64,000 nucleotides of DNA from an uncultured Gemmatimonadales bacterium. GTDB taxonomy: Bacteria > Gemmatimonadota > Gemmatimonadetes > Gemmatimonadales > GWC2-71-9. Location of the stretch: positions 672,001 to 736,000 of the forward strand of contig CAVUAK010000001.1 in assembly GCA_963739455.1 (NCBI GenBank), written 5' to 3'. How positions within the stretch are numbered: position 1 is the stretch's first letter; each line of letters opens with the position of its first letter. Under the pieces are notes generated by a model. The model saw nothing but the letters and a program-made list of their open reading frames with translations. It was not told the DNA's origin and ran no database searches. Shown here in pieces: positions 19,202 through 29,320 of this stretch. Position numbers and translations under genes: made by a program.

Positions 19202-19693
19202 CTAGCTCCTGAACACCGCCGCGAACTTGTCGGCGACCTCAGCTCCCTCCTTCTCCTTCACGACCTCTGTCATGGCGGGAACGAGCTGGTTGAACTGATC
19301 CCGGGAAATCCCGATGTTCTTGAGCGAGCCCGACAAGCTCGTGAGCCCATACATCTCGCTGGGCATGCCGAGCCTGGTGCCTTGATTGATCATCGCATCA
19401 CTTCCCGGAAACGAGTTCTTCACCTTCCTGAAATCGGCCGGCTGCATCGAACGCTGTGCATAGTACAGGATGCCGCCCATGCCCTGTGCTATCTGCGTCG
19501 GGGTCAGCCCGGGCACCGCACCCTGAACCTCGTTGACCACCGGCGCGGAGGAATGGAGCGGGTACTGCAGCGCAGCAGGCGCGCCGGGCGCCTGCGTGGC
19601 GCCATTCCCACTACAGGCAGCCGCGAGCGCGAGCACCGCGCATGCGAGGGTGGAGCCGACAAACCTCCCTGGTCGAGCCGCAATCATTGCCAT
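19202..19693 (-). CDS. Lipoprotein, DUF2780-like, paralog B
   Basis: Lipobox AAA-C; core nearly identical to paralog A (LGMPSEM.GLTSLSGSLKN). Confidence 0.65.
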   Translation of the reverse strand: MAMIAARPGRFVGSTLACAVLALAAACSGNGATQAPGAPAALQYPLHSSAPVVNEVQGAVPGLTPTQIAQGMGGILYYAQRSMQPADFRKVKNSFPGSDAMINQGTRLGMPSEMYGLTSLSGSLKNIGISRDQFNQLVPAMTEVVKEKEGAEVADKFAAVFRS

Positions 19694-19784
19694 GGACCCT
19701 CCGCGGACAGCGTGGGCGGAAGCAGCGCACCTGGCGGTGCTATGGAACCTGTCTTCCCACTACGAACTGGATCGCGGCAGAGTG

Positions 19785-20255
19785 TCAGGCGGCGAGCGGC
19801 AACCTTGCGGACTGTTCGGGAAGGGGCGCGCGGGGCGCGGTCCGTCGCCAGTCGAGCCAGGCGAGGATGAGGCAGGCGGTGATCGACACCGTGGAGACGA
19901 AGCACCAGGGGCAGAAAACCTTGAGCACCACCCACTCGCCGTACTTGAGGCGCAGGGTGAAGAGGAAGGCGGGAATGATCAGCACCAGCAAGGCGCCACT
20001 CATGCGGCGCGCGTTGATGTTCGGTGGCTGGATGCCCACCAGTGCCACGACCAGCAGGACGGCATAGAACACGGCGCCGATGAGTGCCACATCGACGCCG
20101 AGGAAGGAGCCATACTGGCTGAACTGGGCCGTTTCGCAGCCGCCGCTCGCCGTACACACCAGGGTGCCCACGCGCCCCGTCTTCCAGAGGTGCAGGTAGG
20201 TGGCCACCAGCGTATTGACGAGCGCCAGGAGCGCGATCGTCATGCGGTATATCAC
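19785..20255 (-). CDS. Vitamin K epoxide reductase (VKOR) family protein
   Basis: CTASGGC loop cysteines, CPWC motif, about 4 TM segments. Confidence 0.88.
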   Translation of the reverse strand: MIYRMTIALLALVNTLVATYLHLWKTGRVGTLVCTASGGCETAQFSQYGSFLGVDVALIGAVFYAVLLVVALVGIQPPNINARRMSGALLVLIIPAFLFTLRLKYGEWVVLKVFCPWCFVSTVSITACLILAWLDWRRTAPRAPLPEQSARLPLAA

Positions 20256-20257
20256 GG

Positions 20258-22750
20258 TCAGCCCACGACCAGGTTGAGGAGCCGGTTCGGCACGTACACA
20301 ATTTTCTGCAGTGACTTGCCCTCAAGGAACTTGGCGATCTGCGGTTCCGCGCGAGCCGCGGCGACAACAACGTCCTGGGTCGCGTTGCGCTCAACCGTGA
20401 CCCGACCGCGGGTCTTGCCGCCCACCTGTACCGCGACCTCGGCGGTGTCGTCCACCAGCATGGTGGGATCGAACCCGGGCCAGCGCGCATCGAACACCGA
20501 CGTGCCGTGTCCCAGCCGCTCCCAGCACTCCTCGGCGAAGTGGGGCGCGAACGGGGCAAGCATGACCACGAACTCCTCGACCATCTCATGCTCGCAACTG
20601 CCGCTCTCGCGGATGGTGTTCAGCATCTCCATCATCGCGGCGATGGCGGTGTTGTAGCTCAGCGTCTCGAGGTCATCGGTGACCTTCCTCTTGGTGCGGT
20701 GCCACTTGGCCAGCACCGGGCGCAGCAGTTCCCCGCCCCGTTCGCCCTCCGCCAGGCTTTCGCCGACCAGGTGCCACACCTTGTCGAGGAAGCGCCGGAT
20801 GCCATTGATGCCGGCGTCGCGGAAATCGCCGCCTTCCTGGAAGGGGCCCAGGAACATGAGGTACATCCGGAAGCTGTCGGCACCCCAGCGGTCGATGTAC
20901 TGGTCGGGGATCACCACGTTCCCCTTCGACTTCGACATCTTCGCGCCGTCCTTCACGATCAGCCCGTGCGCGCGGAACTTCCGGAATGGCTCCTCGAAAT
21001 CGAGGTGTCCGAGTTCGTTCAGCACCATCGCGAGGAAGCGCGAGTACAGCAGGTGCAGCACCGCGTGCTCGTTGCCACCGATGTAGGTGGTGACGGGGCA
21101 CCACTTCGCGGTGCGCCCCTTGTCGAACGGGCGGTCATCGAACTCACTGCTCGGGTAGCGCAGGTAGTACCACGCCGAGTCGAGGAAGGTGTCGGAGACG
21201 TCGGTTTCACGCCGGGCGCGCTTGCCGCACGTGGGGCAAGGGACGAAGTACCACTCCTCGTGCCGCGCGAGCGGCGATATGCCGGTGTCATCGGGACGGA
21301 AGTCATCGATGGCGGGCAGGACCACGGGCAGGTCCTTCTCGGGCACCGGCACGGCACCGCAGTCATCGCAGTAGATGATGGGGATCGGCGGCCCCCAGTA
21401 GCGCTGGCGCGAGATGCACCAGTCGTACAGCCGGTACTGCACCCGCAGCTTCCCGAGGCCGCGCTGCTCGAGCCACTCGGTGATGGCGCGCTTCGCCTGT
21501 TCCGGGGGCATGCCGTCGAACTCCCCCGAGTTGACGAGCTGTGCACCAGCGGTCTCGACATAGGCCTGCTCGAGCGGGGCCGACGCGTCATCACCCGGCG
21601 CCGCGATGACGCGCTCGATATCGAGGTCGTATTTCGTCGCGAACTCGAAGTCACGCTCGTCGTGGGCCGGCACCGCCATGATGGCGCCGGTGCCGTAATC
21701 CATGAGGACGTAGTCGGCGATCCAGATGGGGATGCGCTGGCCGGACGCGGGGTTCTCGGCGTACGTGCCGGTGAAGACGCCGGTCTTCTCCTTCTCGCCC
21801 ACCTTGCGGGCAACGAGATCCTTGGCCGCGGCGGCCTTCCGATAGGCGTCGACTGCCTTCTTCTGGTCACCCGTCGTCAGCTGCTCCACCAGCGGATGCT
21901 CCGGAGCGAGCACCAGGAACGTGGCGCCGAACACGGTGTCGGGCCGCGTGGTGAAGACGGTGATGTTCTCCTCCGGCGCCCAGTCCACCTCGAAGGTCAG
22001 CTCAGCGCCTTCCGAGCGGCCGATCCAGTTCCGCTGCGCCTGGGTAGTGGTATCCGACCAGTCCATCTTCGACTTGTCATCGAGGTTGGCGAGCAGGCGG
22101 CCGGCGTAGTCGGTGATGCGGAAGAACCACTGCTCGAGGAAGCGCTGCTCCACGGCAGCACCGCAGCGCTCGCAATGACCGTTGACGACCTGCTCGTTGG
22201 CCAGCACGGTCTTGTCATTGGGACACCAGTTGACCGCCGCCTTCTTCTTGTAGGCCTTGCCGGCCTTGAAGAGCTGGAGGAACAGCCACTGGGTCCACTT
22301 GTAGTACGAGGGGTCGGTGGTGGAGAGTTCGTGGCGCCAGTCGAACATCCCGCCCACGCGCGTCAGCTGCCGCCGGAAGTTCGCGATGTTGCGCGGTATG
22401 AGATCGGCGGGGTTGATGCCCAGCTTGATCGCGTAGTTCTCGCTGTGGATGCCGAAGGCGTCATAGCCGATGGGCTCGAAGACATCGAACCCGCGCAGGC
22501 GCTGGAAACGCCCGAAGACGTCACTGCCGGTAAAGGCGAACATGTTCCCGACGTGCAGGCCTTCGGCCGACGGATAGGGGAACATCATGAGGTTGTAGAA
22601 GGGCCGCCTCGCGCCGTCGAGATCCGGCTCGTTGGTGTGCCGCTCAACCCAGCGCGCCTGCCACTTGGCCTCGACGAGGTCGGGGCGGTAGCCGTCGCTG
22701 CCTTCGGGATGGATCGCGGCGGAGGGGGAAATGCTGTCGCTGGGGTTCAT
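20258..22750 (-). CDS. leuS: Leucine--tRNA ligase
   Basis: MFPYPSAEGLHVGN, FTTRPDT, GTGAIMAVPAHDERD, DWCISRQRYWG, KMSKS. Confidence 0.98.
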   Translation of the reverse strand: MNPSDSISPSAAIHPEGSDGYRPDLVEAKWQARWVERHTNEPDLDGARRPFYNLMMFPYPSAEGLHVGNMFAFTGSDVFGRFQRLRGFDVFEPIGYDAFGIHSENYAIKLGINPADLIPRNIANFRRQLTRVGGMFDWRHELSTTDPSYYKWTQWLFLQLFKAGKAYKKKAAVNWCPNDKTVLANEQVVNGHCERCGAAVEQRFLEQWFFRITDYAGRLLANLDDKSKMDWSDTTTQAQRNWIGRSEGAELTFEVDWAPEENITVFTTRPDTVFGATFLVLAPEHPLVEQLTTGDQKKAVDAYRKAAAAKDLVARKVGEKEKTGVFTGTYAENPASGQRIPIWIADYVLMDYGTGAIMAVPAHDERDFEFATKYDLDIERVIAAPGDDASAPLEQAYVETAGAQLVNSGEFDGMPPEQAKRAITEWLEQRGLGKLRVQYRLYDWCISRQRYWGPPIPIIYCDDCGAVPVPEKDLPVVLPAIDDFRPDDTGISPLARHEEWYFVPCPTCGKRARRETDVSDTFLDSAWYYLRYPSSEFDDRPFDKGRTAKWCPVTTYIGGNEHAVLHLLYSRFLAMVLNELGHLDFEEPFRKFRAHGLIVKDGAKMSKSKGNVVIPDQYIDRWGADSFRMYLMFLGPFQEGGDFRDAGINGIRRFLDKVWHLVGESLAEGERGGELLRPVLAKWHRTKRKVTDDLETLSYNTAIAAMMEMLNTIRESGSCEHEMVEEFVVMLAPFAPHFAEECWERLGHGTSVFDARWPGFDPTMLVDDTAEVAVQVGGKTRGRVTVERNATQDVVVAAARAEPQIAKFLEGKSLQKIVYVPNRLLNLVVG

Positions 22751-22915
22751 AGGACCCGCAAATCTAGGGGCCGTAGGAGGTTGGCGCCAACCGCCCGGAC
22801 CGCACCCCCTGTGCGTAACGACAGCGGCGGATCAGGTCAAGCGGTCTTGCGGTGATCGGATGCGCGCGGTACATCATCATGTTCCTGCAACTGATCATCC
22901 TGGAAAGAGCATGAC

Positions 22916-23548
22916 ATGAGCACTCGCAGCACTCGAAATACTCCACGACCCAAGCGCGCACCGCGGTCCAAGGCCCCCGAGCCCACGCCGGTGCCCGTTC
23001 CTGCGCCAGCGCCGGCAAAGCCCCCGTACGCCCGGGGCAATCCGCTGACCCATTCCGTGACCTTCATCGACATGAGCGGCACCTGCTGGCTGGTCTATGT
23101 CGAGCCGGCACCGCCCGAACCGGCGCTGTGGCCGAATGCGGCCGTAATCCCCGGCCGACGACTCCGCTTCGACTCGGTGGACCGGTCCGTCACGGTATCG
23201 CCGTTTCCGGCAGGAGCACCGTTCCTGCAGGAGCGCACGCTCCAGATCCTGCTGGACCAGTCCCAGCCCCGGACAATCGTGGCTGCGAGCACGACGGTGT
23301 CCACGCCGGCCGAGCGGGCCCCGGCACCGGTGGCCCCCGCGCGACCGGTGGCAACGGCGCCGCGCCGGACCCTTACTCCCAGGGCCATTGCGCCGGTAGA
23401 ACCGCCCGCGGAGCCGATGCGCGACCAGCTGGCGAGCGTGGTCAGCTCCCGGAGCGGAGTCACCTACCAGTTTTCCCGGCTGGTGCAGCCATTTGCCCTG
23501 GTGCTCATGGTGATCAAGGACATGATCCTCCCAAGGGGCCGGGGCTGA
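22916..23548 (+). CDS. Hypothetical Pro-rich protein
   Basis: 210-aa ORF with a compact core (TFIDMSGTCWLVY...RLRFDS) and a hydrophobic C-terminus. Confidence 0.55.
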   Translation: MSTRSTRNTPRPKRAPRSKAPEPTPVPVPAPAPAKPPYARGNPLTHSVTFIDMSGTCWLVYVEPAPPEPALWPNAAVIPGRRLRFDSVDRSVTVSPFPAGAPFLQERTLQILLDQSQPRTIVAASTTVSTPAERAPAPVAPARPVATAPRRTLTPRAIAPVEPPAEPMRDQLASVVSSRSGVTYQFSRLVQPFALVLMVIKDMILPRGRG

Positions 23549-23572
23549 CGCCGGTCGCCCTCAGGTAGGCCA

Positions 23573-24400
23573 GTGCACCTGCCCCGCTGGCTTCGTTTCA
23601 TCCTGATCGCCATCGCGACCACTGTCGCGGTGGCGATCATTGTTGTGTACGGCGGCTCGGAGTACATGCTCCGCCAGCGGCATCCCCTCGCCGGCAAGGC
23701 GGTTCCCCTCCCGACCGACTCGGCGTCCCTGGCCGTGGGCCAGCACCTCGTGACCCTGCGCGGGTGCCTCGGTTGTCATGGGCACCGTGGCGAGGGCGAG
23801 ATCTTCTTCAGCGAGCCGAAGATCGCGACGCTGGTGGCCCCGAACCTTACCCGCGCCTTCGCGACGTACAGCGACACCGAGCTCGATGGCATCATTCGCC
23901 ACGGGATCCGCCCCAACGGCCGGACCCTGCTGGGCATGCCGAGCGTGGCCTTTGCGCGGCTGCGCGATGATGACCTCGCGCACATGCTGGCCTTCCTCCA
24001 CGGCCTGCCACCGGTTGACGGACCTGGCCCGGAGATCTCCGTAGGTCCACTGGGACGACTTGGCCTGCTCACCGGCCAGTTCAGCGTGAGCACGAAGCTG
24101 GTGGCGGAGGTAGCGAACACGCCGCCGGTGGCGGACTCGGTTGCCGAGGGGAGCTACCTCGCGCGCACCATCTGCACGGAGTGCCACGGCCCGAACCTCG
24201 AGGGTGACCCCGGGTTCAGCGTTCCGCCACTGGCCATTGCGGCGACCTACAGCTGGCCCGAGTTCGAGACCTTGATGCGCACCGGGAAGGCGCGAGGCAA
24301 CCGCGAACTCCAGCTCATGTCCGAGGTGGCGAGGGGACGCTTCTCCCAGTTCACGCCGGAGGAAATGCAGGCGCTCTACGCCTACCTGAAGACGCTCTGA
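23573..24400 (+). CDS. Membrane-anchored diheme cytochrome c
   Basis: N-terminal TM; CLGCH and CTECH heme motifs; APNLT; MPS. Confidence 0.9.
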   Translation: MHLPRWLRFILIAIATTVAVAIIVVYGGSEYMLRQRHPLAGKAVPLPTDSASLAVGQHLVTLRGCLGCHGHRGEGEIFFSEPKIATLVAPNLTRAFATYSDTELDGIIRHGIRPNGRTLLGMPSVAFARLRDDDLAHMLAFLHGLPPVDGPGPEISVGPLGRLGLLTGQFSVSTKLVAEVANTPPVADSVAEGSYLARTICTECHGPNLEGDPGFSVPPLAIAATYSWPEFETLMRTGKARGNRELQLMSEVARGRFSQFTPEEMQALYAYLKTL

Positions 24401-24482
24401 ACGGGAGACGTTGCGCCTGCCGTCCCCCGTGTCCCGCGAGTAGCTTCCCCTGCACCTCATTCCGGACCCCAGACACCAGACC

Positions 24483-25775
24483 ATGGCAGACTCACGCCAC
24501 AGCTTCACCCGCAACCTCTACGTAGCCGCCTTCACGGGTGCCGGGCTCGTCGTGGTGCTGCACCTGGTCGCGACCTTCCTCCTCTTACGCGCGGTTGGGG
24601 TGACCCTCAACCCCCGGACGCTGGTGACGGGGCTCCTGCTCGTGGCGGGCGGCGCCAGCATCATCACTTGGCTCCTCGTGCGCCGGTTCATCAACGACGT
24701 GCTCAAGCCGGCCGGCCGTGCGGCCGCAATTGCCCAGCGGGTGTCACAGGGTGACCTGCGCTCGATCAGTGAGTCGGAATCGCGCAGTGACGGCAAGGAC
24801 ATGCTGACCCAGAGCATCTTCGCGATGGTGCGACAGCTCCGCGTCCTGGTGGAGACGATCCATGGCACCGCAGCCGAGGCGGCGGCGATGGCGCAGGAGA
24901 TCGCGGCCTCCACCGAGGAAATGACGGCGTCCACCCAGGAGGTGGCCGGCACGACGGGCGATCTCACCGAGCGGGCGGCGCAACAGGCCATCATCGTCCG
25001 CGCGGCTGCCGACGACGCGAGCAAGATCCTCGAGATCGCCAAGGTACTTGCCAGCGGGGCCGGTGAGGCCGCAACACGCAACGCGGCCCTCGCCGTGGCG
25101 GCGCGCTCGCACCGGGACCGGCTGGATACCAGCACCGCGGAGCTGGCGCGACTCGCCGACGAAGTGGACAAGGGATCGGCTGAGGCCGATGCCCTGGCGC
25201 TCGCGTCGAGCGAGATCAGCAAGTTCGTCACCCAGACCAAGGCAATCGCCAAGCAGACCCACATGCTGGCCCTCAACGCGTCGATCGAGGCGGCCCGCGC
25301 GGGTGACGAGGGCAAGGGATTCAGCGTCGTCGCCGAGGAAGTGCGGAAGCTCGCGGCGCAGGCGGCGCAAGCCGCCACCAGCACGAGCGATACGGTGCAG
25401 ATGGTACTGGAGCGGGTGCAGACGGCTCGCGAGCGGTTGCTGCGCCTCGGGCGCGGCGGCATGGCGGCGCGTGATGCGGCGCATGCTGCCGCGGAAGGCC
25501 TCATCAACGTCGCCAATGATGCCGATGCCAACGACCAGTGGACGCGGGGCATCTCGACCTCGGCCGACCAGGTTCGTGGGTTGATCGAGCAGATCGCCGG
25601 GCGGATGAAGGAGGTTTCGGCAGGGACGGAAGACTACGCGGCAGCGGCAGAAGAGATTGCCGCCGCCGCCCAGCAACTCAACGCTTCCACCGAGGAGATC
25701 TCTTCCTCGGCCAATACCCTGGCGGGCGCGGCCGAGAAGCTGACCAAGGCCACGGGTGGAATCCGGCTGACGTAG
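24483..25775 (+). CDS. Methyl-accepting chemotaxis-like protein
   Basis: Two closely spaced TMs, HAMP-like region, [37 protein letters not shown]. Confidence 0.9.
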   Translation: MADSRHSFTRNLYVAAFTGAGLVVVLHLVATFLLLRAVGVTLNPRTLVTGLLLVAGGASIITWLLVRRFINDVLKPAGRAAAIAQRVSQGDLRSISESESRSDGKDMLTQSIFAMVRQLRVLVETIHGTAAEAAAMAQEIAASTEEMTASTQEVAGTTGDLTERAAQQAIIVRAAADDASKILEIAKVLASGAGEAATRNAALAVAARSHRDRLDTSTAELARLADEVDKGSAEADALALASSEISKFVTQTKAIAKQTHMLALNASIEAARAGDEGKGFSVVAEEVRKLAAQAAQAATSTSDTVQMVLERVQTARERLLRLGRGGMAARDAAHAAAEGLINVANDADANDQWTRGISTSADQVRGLIEQIAGRMKEVSAGTEDYAAAAEEIAAAAQQLNASTEEISSSANTLAGAAEKLTKATGGIRLT

Positions 25776-25776
25776 C

Positions 25777-27627
25777 GTGGCCGACACGCTCCGCTCGGAG
25801 GTCCAGGAGGCGCTTGGCGGCAGTTACGCCATCGAGCGCGAACTGGGGCGGGGCGGCATGGGCGCCGTCTACCTCGCCCGCGACCTGGCCCTGGACCGGC
25901 TGGTGGCGATCAAGGTGCTCCCGCCAGAACTCGCCGTTCGACATGAACTGCGCGAGCGCTTCCTTCGCGAGTCCCGCACCACCGCAGCGTTTTCCCACCC
26001 GAACATCGTGCCGGTGCATGCGATCGTCGAGCAGCCCCAGCTGCTGGGCTTTGTCATGGGCTATGTGGAAGGAGAATCCGTGACGGCGTGGGTAGCGCGC
26101 ACTGGGCCGCTCTCGGCACGGGACGCGCTGCGCCTGCTGCGCGAGGTGGCCTGGGGCCTGTCGTATGCGCACGGTCGCGGCATCATCCACCGGGACGTGA
26201 AGCCCGACAACATCCTGATCGAGCGCGCGACGGGGCGGGCACTCGTTACCGACTTCGGGATCGCGCGCTCCAGTGCAGCCGAGGGGCTGACCGCAGTGGG
26301 CGAGGTGGTGGGCACGCCGCAGTTCATGAGCCCGGAGCAGGCGGCGGGTGACGTCCTCGACGGGCGCAGCGACCTCTACTCACTCGGCGTCGTCGCGTGG
26401 TACGCGTTGACCGGAAGACCCCCGTTCGAGGCCACCAGCGCCGGTGCCGTGATGGCGATGCACCTCACCCAGCCGCTCCCGCCGCTCGGCCCGCTCCGCC
26501 CCGACCTTCCCAAGGTGCTGGTGGACGTCGTGGAGCAGTCGCTCGCGAAGGACCCGGCGCGTCGTTTCCAGACGGGCGAGGAACTGGTGACCGCCCTCGA
26601 TGCCATGCAGGCGACGCAGCGCGAGGTGCCCCCCGCGATACGGCTGTTTCACCAGCGCCTCGGCATCGTCGCGATCGCCTCGTTCTTCCTGCTCCTGTTC
26701 GGCGGCAACATCGTGCGACGCACCCTGGGCAACGGGAGCGACCTCGACGCGCTGATCTTCGGCACTTTCGTCCTGGCGGTGATCCTCGGGCTTGTCGCCA
26801 CCCTCGTGCGTGATGCGCGACAGCTGCTGCTGCGCGGCTTCCAGGCCGATGAGGTGCGGGACGCGTTGCGCGCCATCACCGCGGAAGAGGACGACAATCG
26901 CGCGCAGCTTCGCGCGAACGCCGCCTACGTGAAGCGCCTGCGCGTTCGGCGATCGATGTCGGTGGCGTTCCTCGTGTTCGCAGTGGCGGCCTTCGCCTTT
27001 GCGCTCTCCACCCAGCGCTCGCTCCTCTCCCCGGGTGTGTACGGGATGTCGCGTCCAGGCGTGTTGATGGGGGTCGCCGCCACCGTGATGTTCGGCACGG
27101 CGCTGGTGACCTTCATGACAAGTTCGCTGCGGGGCCCGCCGCTCGGACGGCTGCTCACCCGGCTGTGGAGCGGGGCAGCGGGACGGCTGCTGTTCCGGAT
27201 TGCCGGATGGAAGCTGCCCGCGACCGGCCTTCCGGTTGCGGTCACCGGTCCGCAGCGCGGACGGGGCCCGGGCGCGGTGCTGCAGTCGATGACGGCGGCG
27301 ATGCGGCGGGAATTCACCGATGTCGCAGCCGGGATCACGAAGCTCGAGGCGGAATCAGCGGGACTCGATGCGAGGGTGGCCCAACTCCAGCAGGCGCTGC
27401 AGGAAGCGCGCGCCGGTGTGACTCCAGGCTCCGAGTCATCGGGGGAAGTTCCCCGCGCCGCGTTCGCCGCCGAGGCCGACGGAGCGCTGGCGCTGTCACG
27501 CGGACGGCACCAGGCGATTGCCGCGGGTCTCGAGTCAGTGCGGATGCAGTTGCTGCGATTCAAGGGCGGGCTCGGCAGCGCCGATGACGTGCGACGCGCG
27601 CTGCGCGAGGCCACCCGACCCGACTAG
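25777..27627 (+). CDS. Membrane Ser/Thr protein kinase
   Basis: GRGGMGAVY, HRDVKPDN, DFG, GTPQFMSPEQ; about 4 TM segments C-terminal to the kinase. Confidence 0.9.
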   Translation: MADTLRSEVQEALGGSYAIERELGRGGMGAVYLARDLALDRLVAIKVLPPELAVRHELRERFLRESRTTAAFSHPNIVPVHAIVEQPQLLGFVMGYVEGESVTAWVARTGPLSARDALRLLREVAWGLSYAHGRGIIHRDVKPDNILIERATGRALVTDFGIARSSAAEGLTAVGEVVGTPQFMSPEQAAGDVLDGRSDLYSLGVVAWYALTGRPPFEATSAGAVMAMHLTQPLPPLGPLRPDLPKVLVDVVEQSLAKDPARRFQTGEELVTALDAMQATQREVPPAIRLFHQRLGIVAIASFFLLLFGGNIVRRTLGNGSDLDALIFGTFVLAVILGLVATLVRDARQLLLRGFQADEVRDALRAITAEEDDNRAQLRANAAYVKRLRVRRSMSVAFLVFAVAAFAFALSTQRSLLSPGVYGMSRPGVLMGVAATVMFGTALVTFMTSSLRGPPLGRLLTRLWSGAAGRLLFRIAGWKLPATGLPVAVTGPQRGRGPGAVLQSMTAAMRREFTDVAAGITKLEAESAGLDARVAQLQQALQEARAGVTPGSESSGEVPRAAFAAEADGALALSRGRHQAIAAGLESVRMQLLRFKGGLGSADDVRRALREATRPD

Positions 27628-28064
27628 GTGCAGTCCCGCCGGAACATCTCCAGCACATCCAGCCGGTTTTCCATGCCGCCCGCCTGCGCAGAAATTCGCA
27701 GTGAGTATTCGCGCCGCAGTGAATCGGCATCTACGCCGCGCAGCACGACGATGTGCCACTGGGCGCAGTAGGCCGGGATCTCCGCCTCGATGACCTTCCG
27801 GGCGCTGCCAAGGCTGGCGACCCACGCCTCGCATGAGGGAAAGACGGCGGCCTGCGCCCGGTGCACCTGCTCGTGCGCGAGGACCTCTTCGGCCTGGGGT
27901 GTGCCGACGATGTCGGCCCGGACCCAGCTCTCGGCCAGGCCGTTGCGGCAGAAGGTGTAGCCGAGGAATCCCTGGGGAGGTGACGCCGGGGCCGCACCCT
28001 GCGCCAGCACAGCCGTAGGGGTGTACAAGAGGACGACAGCGAGTGACAGGGCGAGGCGATTCAT
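27624..28064 (-). CDS. Small secreted protein with HExxH motif
   Basis: Signal peptide VLA-Q; EVLAHEQVH...EAEIPAY. Confidence 0.6.
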   Translation of the reverse strand: MNRLALSLAVVLLYTPTAVLAQGAAPASPPQGFLGYTFCRNGLAESWVRADIVGTPQAEEVLAHEQVHRAQAAVFPSCEAWVASLGSARKVIEAEIPAYCAQWHIVVLRGVDADSLRREYSLRISAQAGGMENRLDVLEMFRRDCT

Positions 28065-28104
28065 GCCCTTGCATTGTAACCCGGCGTCGTGGAAGCTTTC
28101 GGAT

Positions 28105-29262
28105 ATGCGCATCGCGATCTATTCCGAGATCTACTGGCCGATGGTGAGCGGGGTCGCGCTCACGCTCCGCCGGCTGGTTGATGCGCTGCATGCGCGGGGG
28201 CATTCGGTGCGGGTGTACTCGCCGCACTACGACCTGCCGCCGGGCGCAGTCGAGCGGCCGGAGGTACATCGATCGCCGGGGCGGCCGTTCTTCATCGCAC
28301 CCGATGTGCAGTGGGCCTTCCCGAAAGTGCGCGACCTCGTGGCCGACATGCGGGAGTTCCAGCCGCAGGTGGTTCACCTGGCCACCGAGTTCGCCATGGG
28401 ATACCCGGGACTTCGCGCGTCGAAGCAGCTCGGACTGCCCATCATCGCGAGTTCACACACCGACTACGAGGCGTACGCCCGGCCCTACGGCAAGTGGCTC
28501 GTTCCCGTCGTGCAGCCGGGCTGGATGTACCTGCGCTGGTTCTACCGGCACGCGCACAAGGTGCTCTGCCCCACGAGGGTGCACGAGGCGCATCTCCACG
28601 CCCGAGGCGTGCACCACACCGGCATCTGGACGCGCGGAGTCAACGCGGAGGAGTTCCACCCGCGCTTCCGCTCCGATGCCTGGCGGGCACGATTCGGCAT
28701 CGGGCCCACCGACACGCTGGTGACCTTCGTCGGGCGCATCGCGCCGGAGAAGAACCTCAGCATCCTGCTCGACGCGTGGCAGCAGCTCGCCCCGGTGCGC
28801 GGCAACGCGCAACTCGTTCTTGTCGGCGACGGACTCCTCGTGGAGAACATTCGCGCGCGGCAGATTCCGGGGATTCACATGCTCGGATACCTGCACGGCA
28901 TCGAGCTCGCCACGGCGTACGCCTCGTCGGATGTGTTCGCCTTTCCCTCCGGCACCGAGACCTTCGGCAACGTACTGCTCGAGGCGATGGCCTCGGGCAC
29001 AGCGCCGGTGTGCGTCAACGCGGGCGGCCCGAGCGACTACGGCGTCAACGGCGTGAATGCACTGATGGCGCCGCCGAACGATGTGGGCGCGTTCGCGGAA
29101 CAGCTGGGGCGGGCCCTCGGCGATCCCGCATTGCGGCGGCAGATCGGCGAAGGGGCGCGGCTGACCGCGCTGAGCCGGCGCTGGGACGCGATCTATGACC
29201 AGCTGCTCGACGACTACGCGGAGACGATCGCCGACCGGAGACAGCGCCGCGCCGCCGCTTAA
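28105..29262 (+). CDS. Glycosyltransferase family 4 (MgtA/PimB-like)
   Basis: MRIAIYSEIYWPMVSGV, VGRIAPEKN, ETFGNVLLEAMASG. Confidence 0.92.
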   Translation: MRIAIYSEIYWPMVSGVALTLRRLVDALHARGHSVRVYSPHYDLPPGAVERPEVHRSPGRPFFIAPDVQWAFPKVRDLVADMREFQPQVVHLATEFAMGYPGLRASKQLGLPIIASSHTDYEAYARPYGKWLVPVVQPGWMYLRWFYRHAHKVLCPTRVHEAHLHARGVHHTGIWTRGVNAEEFHPRFRSDAWRARFGIGPTDTLVTFVGRIAPEKNLSILLDAWQQLAPVRGNAQLVLVGDGLLVENIRARQIPGIHMLGYLHGIELATAYASSDVFAFPSGTETFGNVLLEAMASGTAPVCVNAGGPSDYGVNGVNALMAPPNDVGAFAEQLGRALGDPALRRQIGEGARLTALSRRWDAIYDQLLDDYAETIADRRQRRAAA

Positions 29263-29280
29263 GTCCATAATGGTCAACAG

Positions 29281-29314
29281 GATAGCCCCCGCCATGCCGC
29301 GGGGGCTATCTTTT
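29281..29314 (+). terminator. Intrinsic terminator overlapping the next promoter
   Basis: GATAGCCCCCGC-catgcc-GCGGGGGCTATC followed by TTTT. Confidence 0.7.
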
Positions 29315-29320
29315 CGTGCT

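Noticed and set aside
20507..22855. Long antisense ORFs (782 aa opposite leuS; also 2098..3693 and 50718..52283)
   Set aside because: Shadow frames typical of high-GC coding DNA, with no recognisable motifs.
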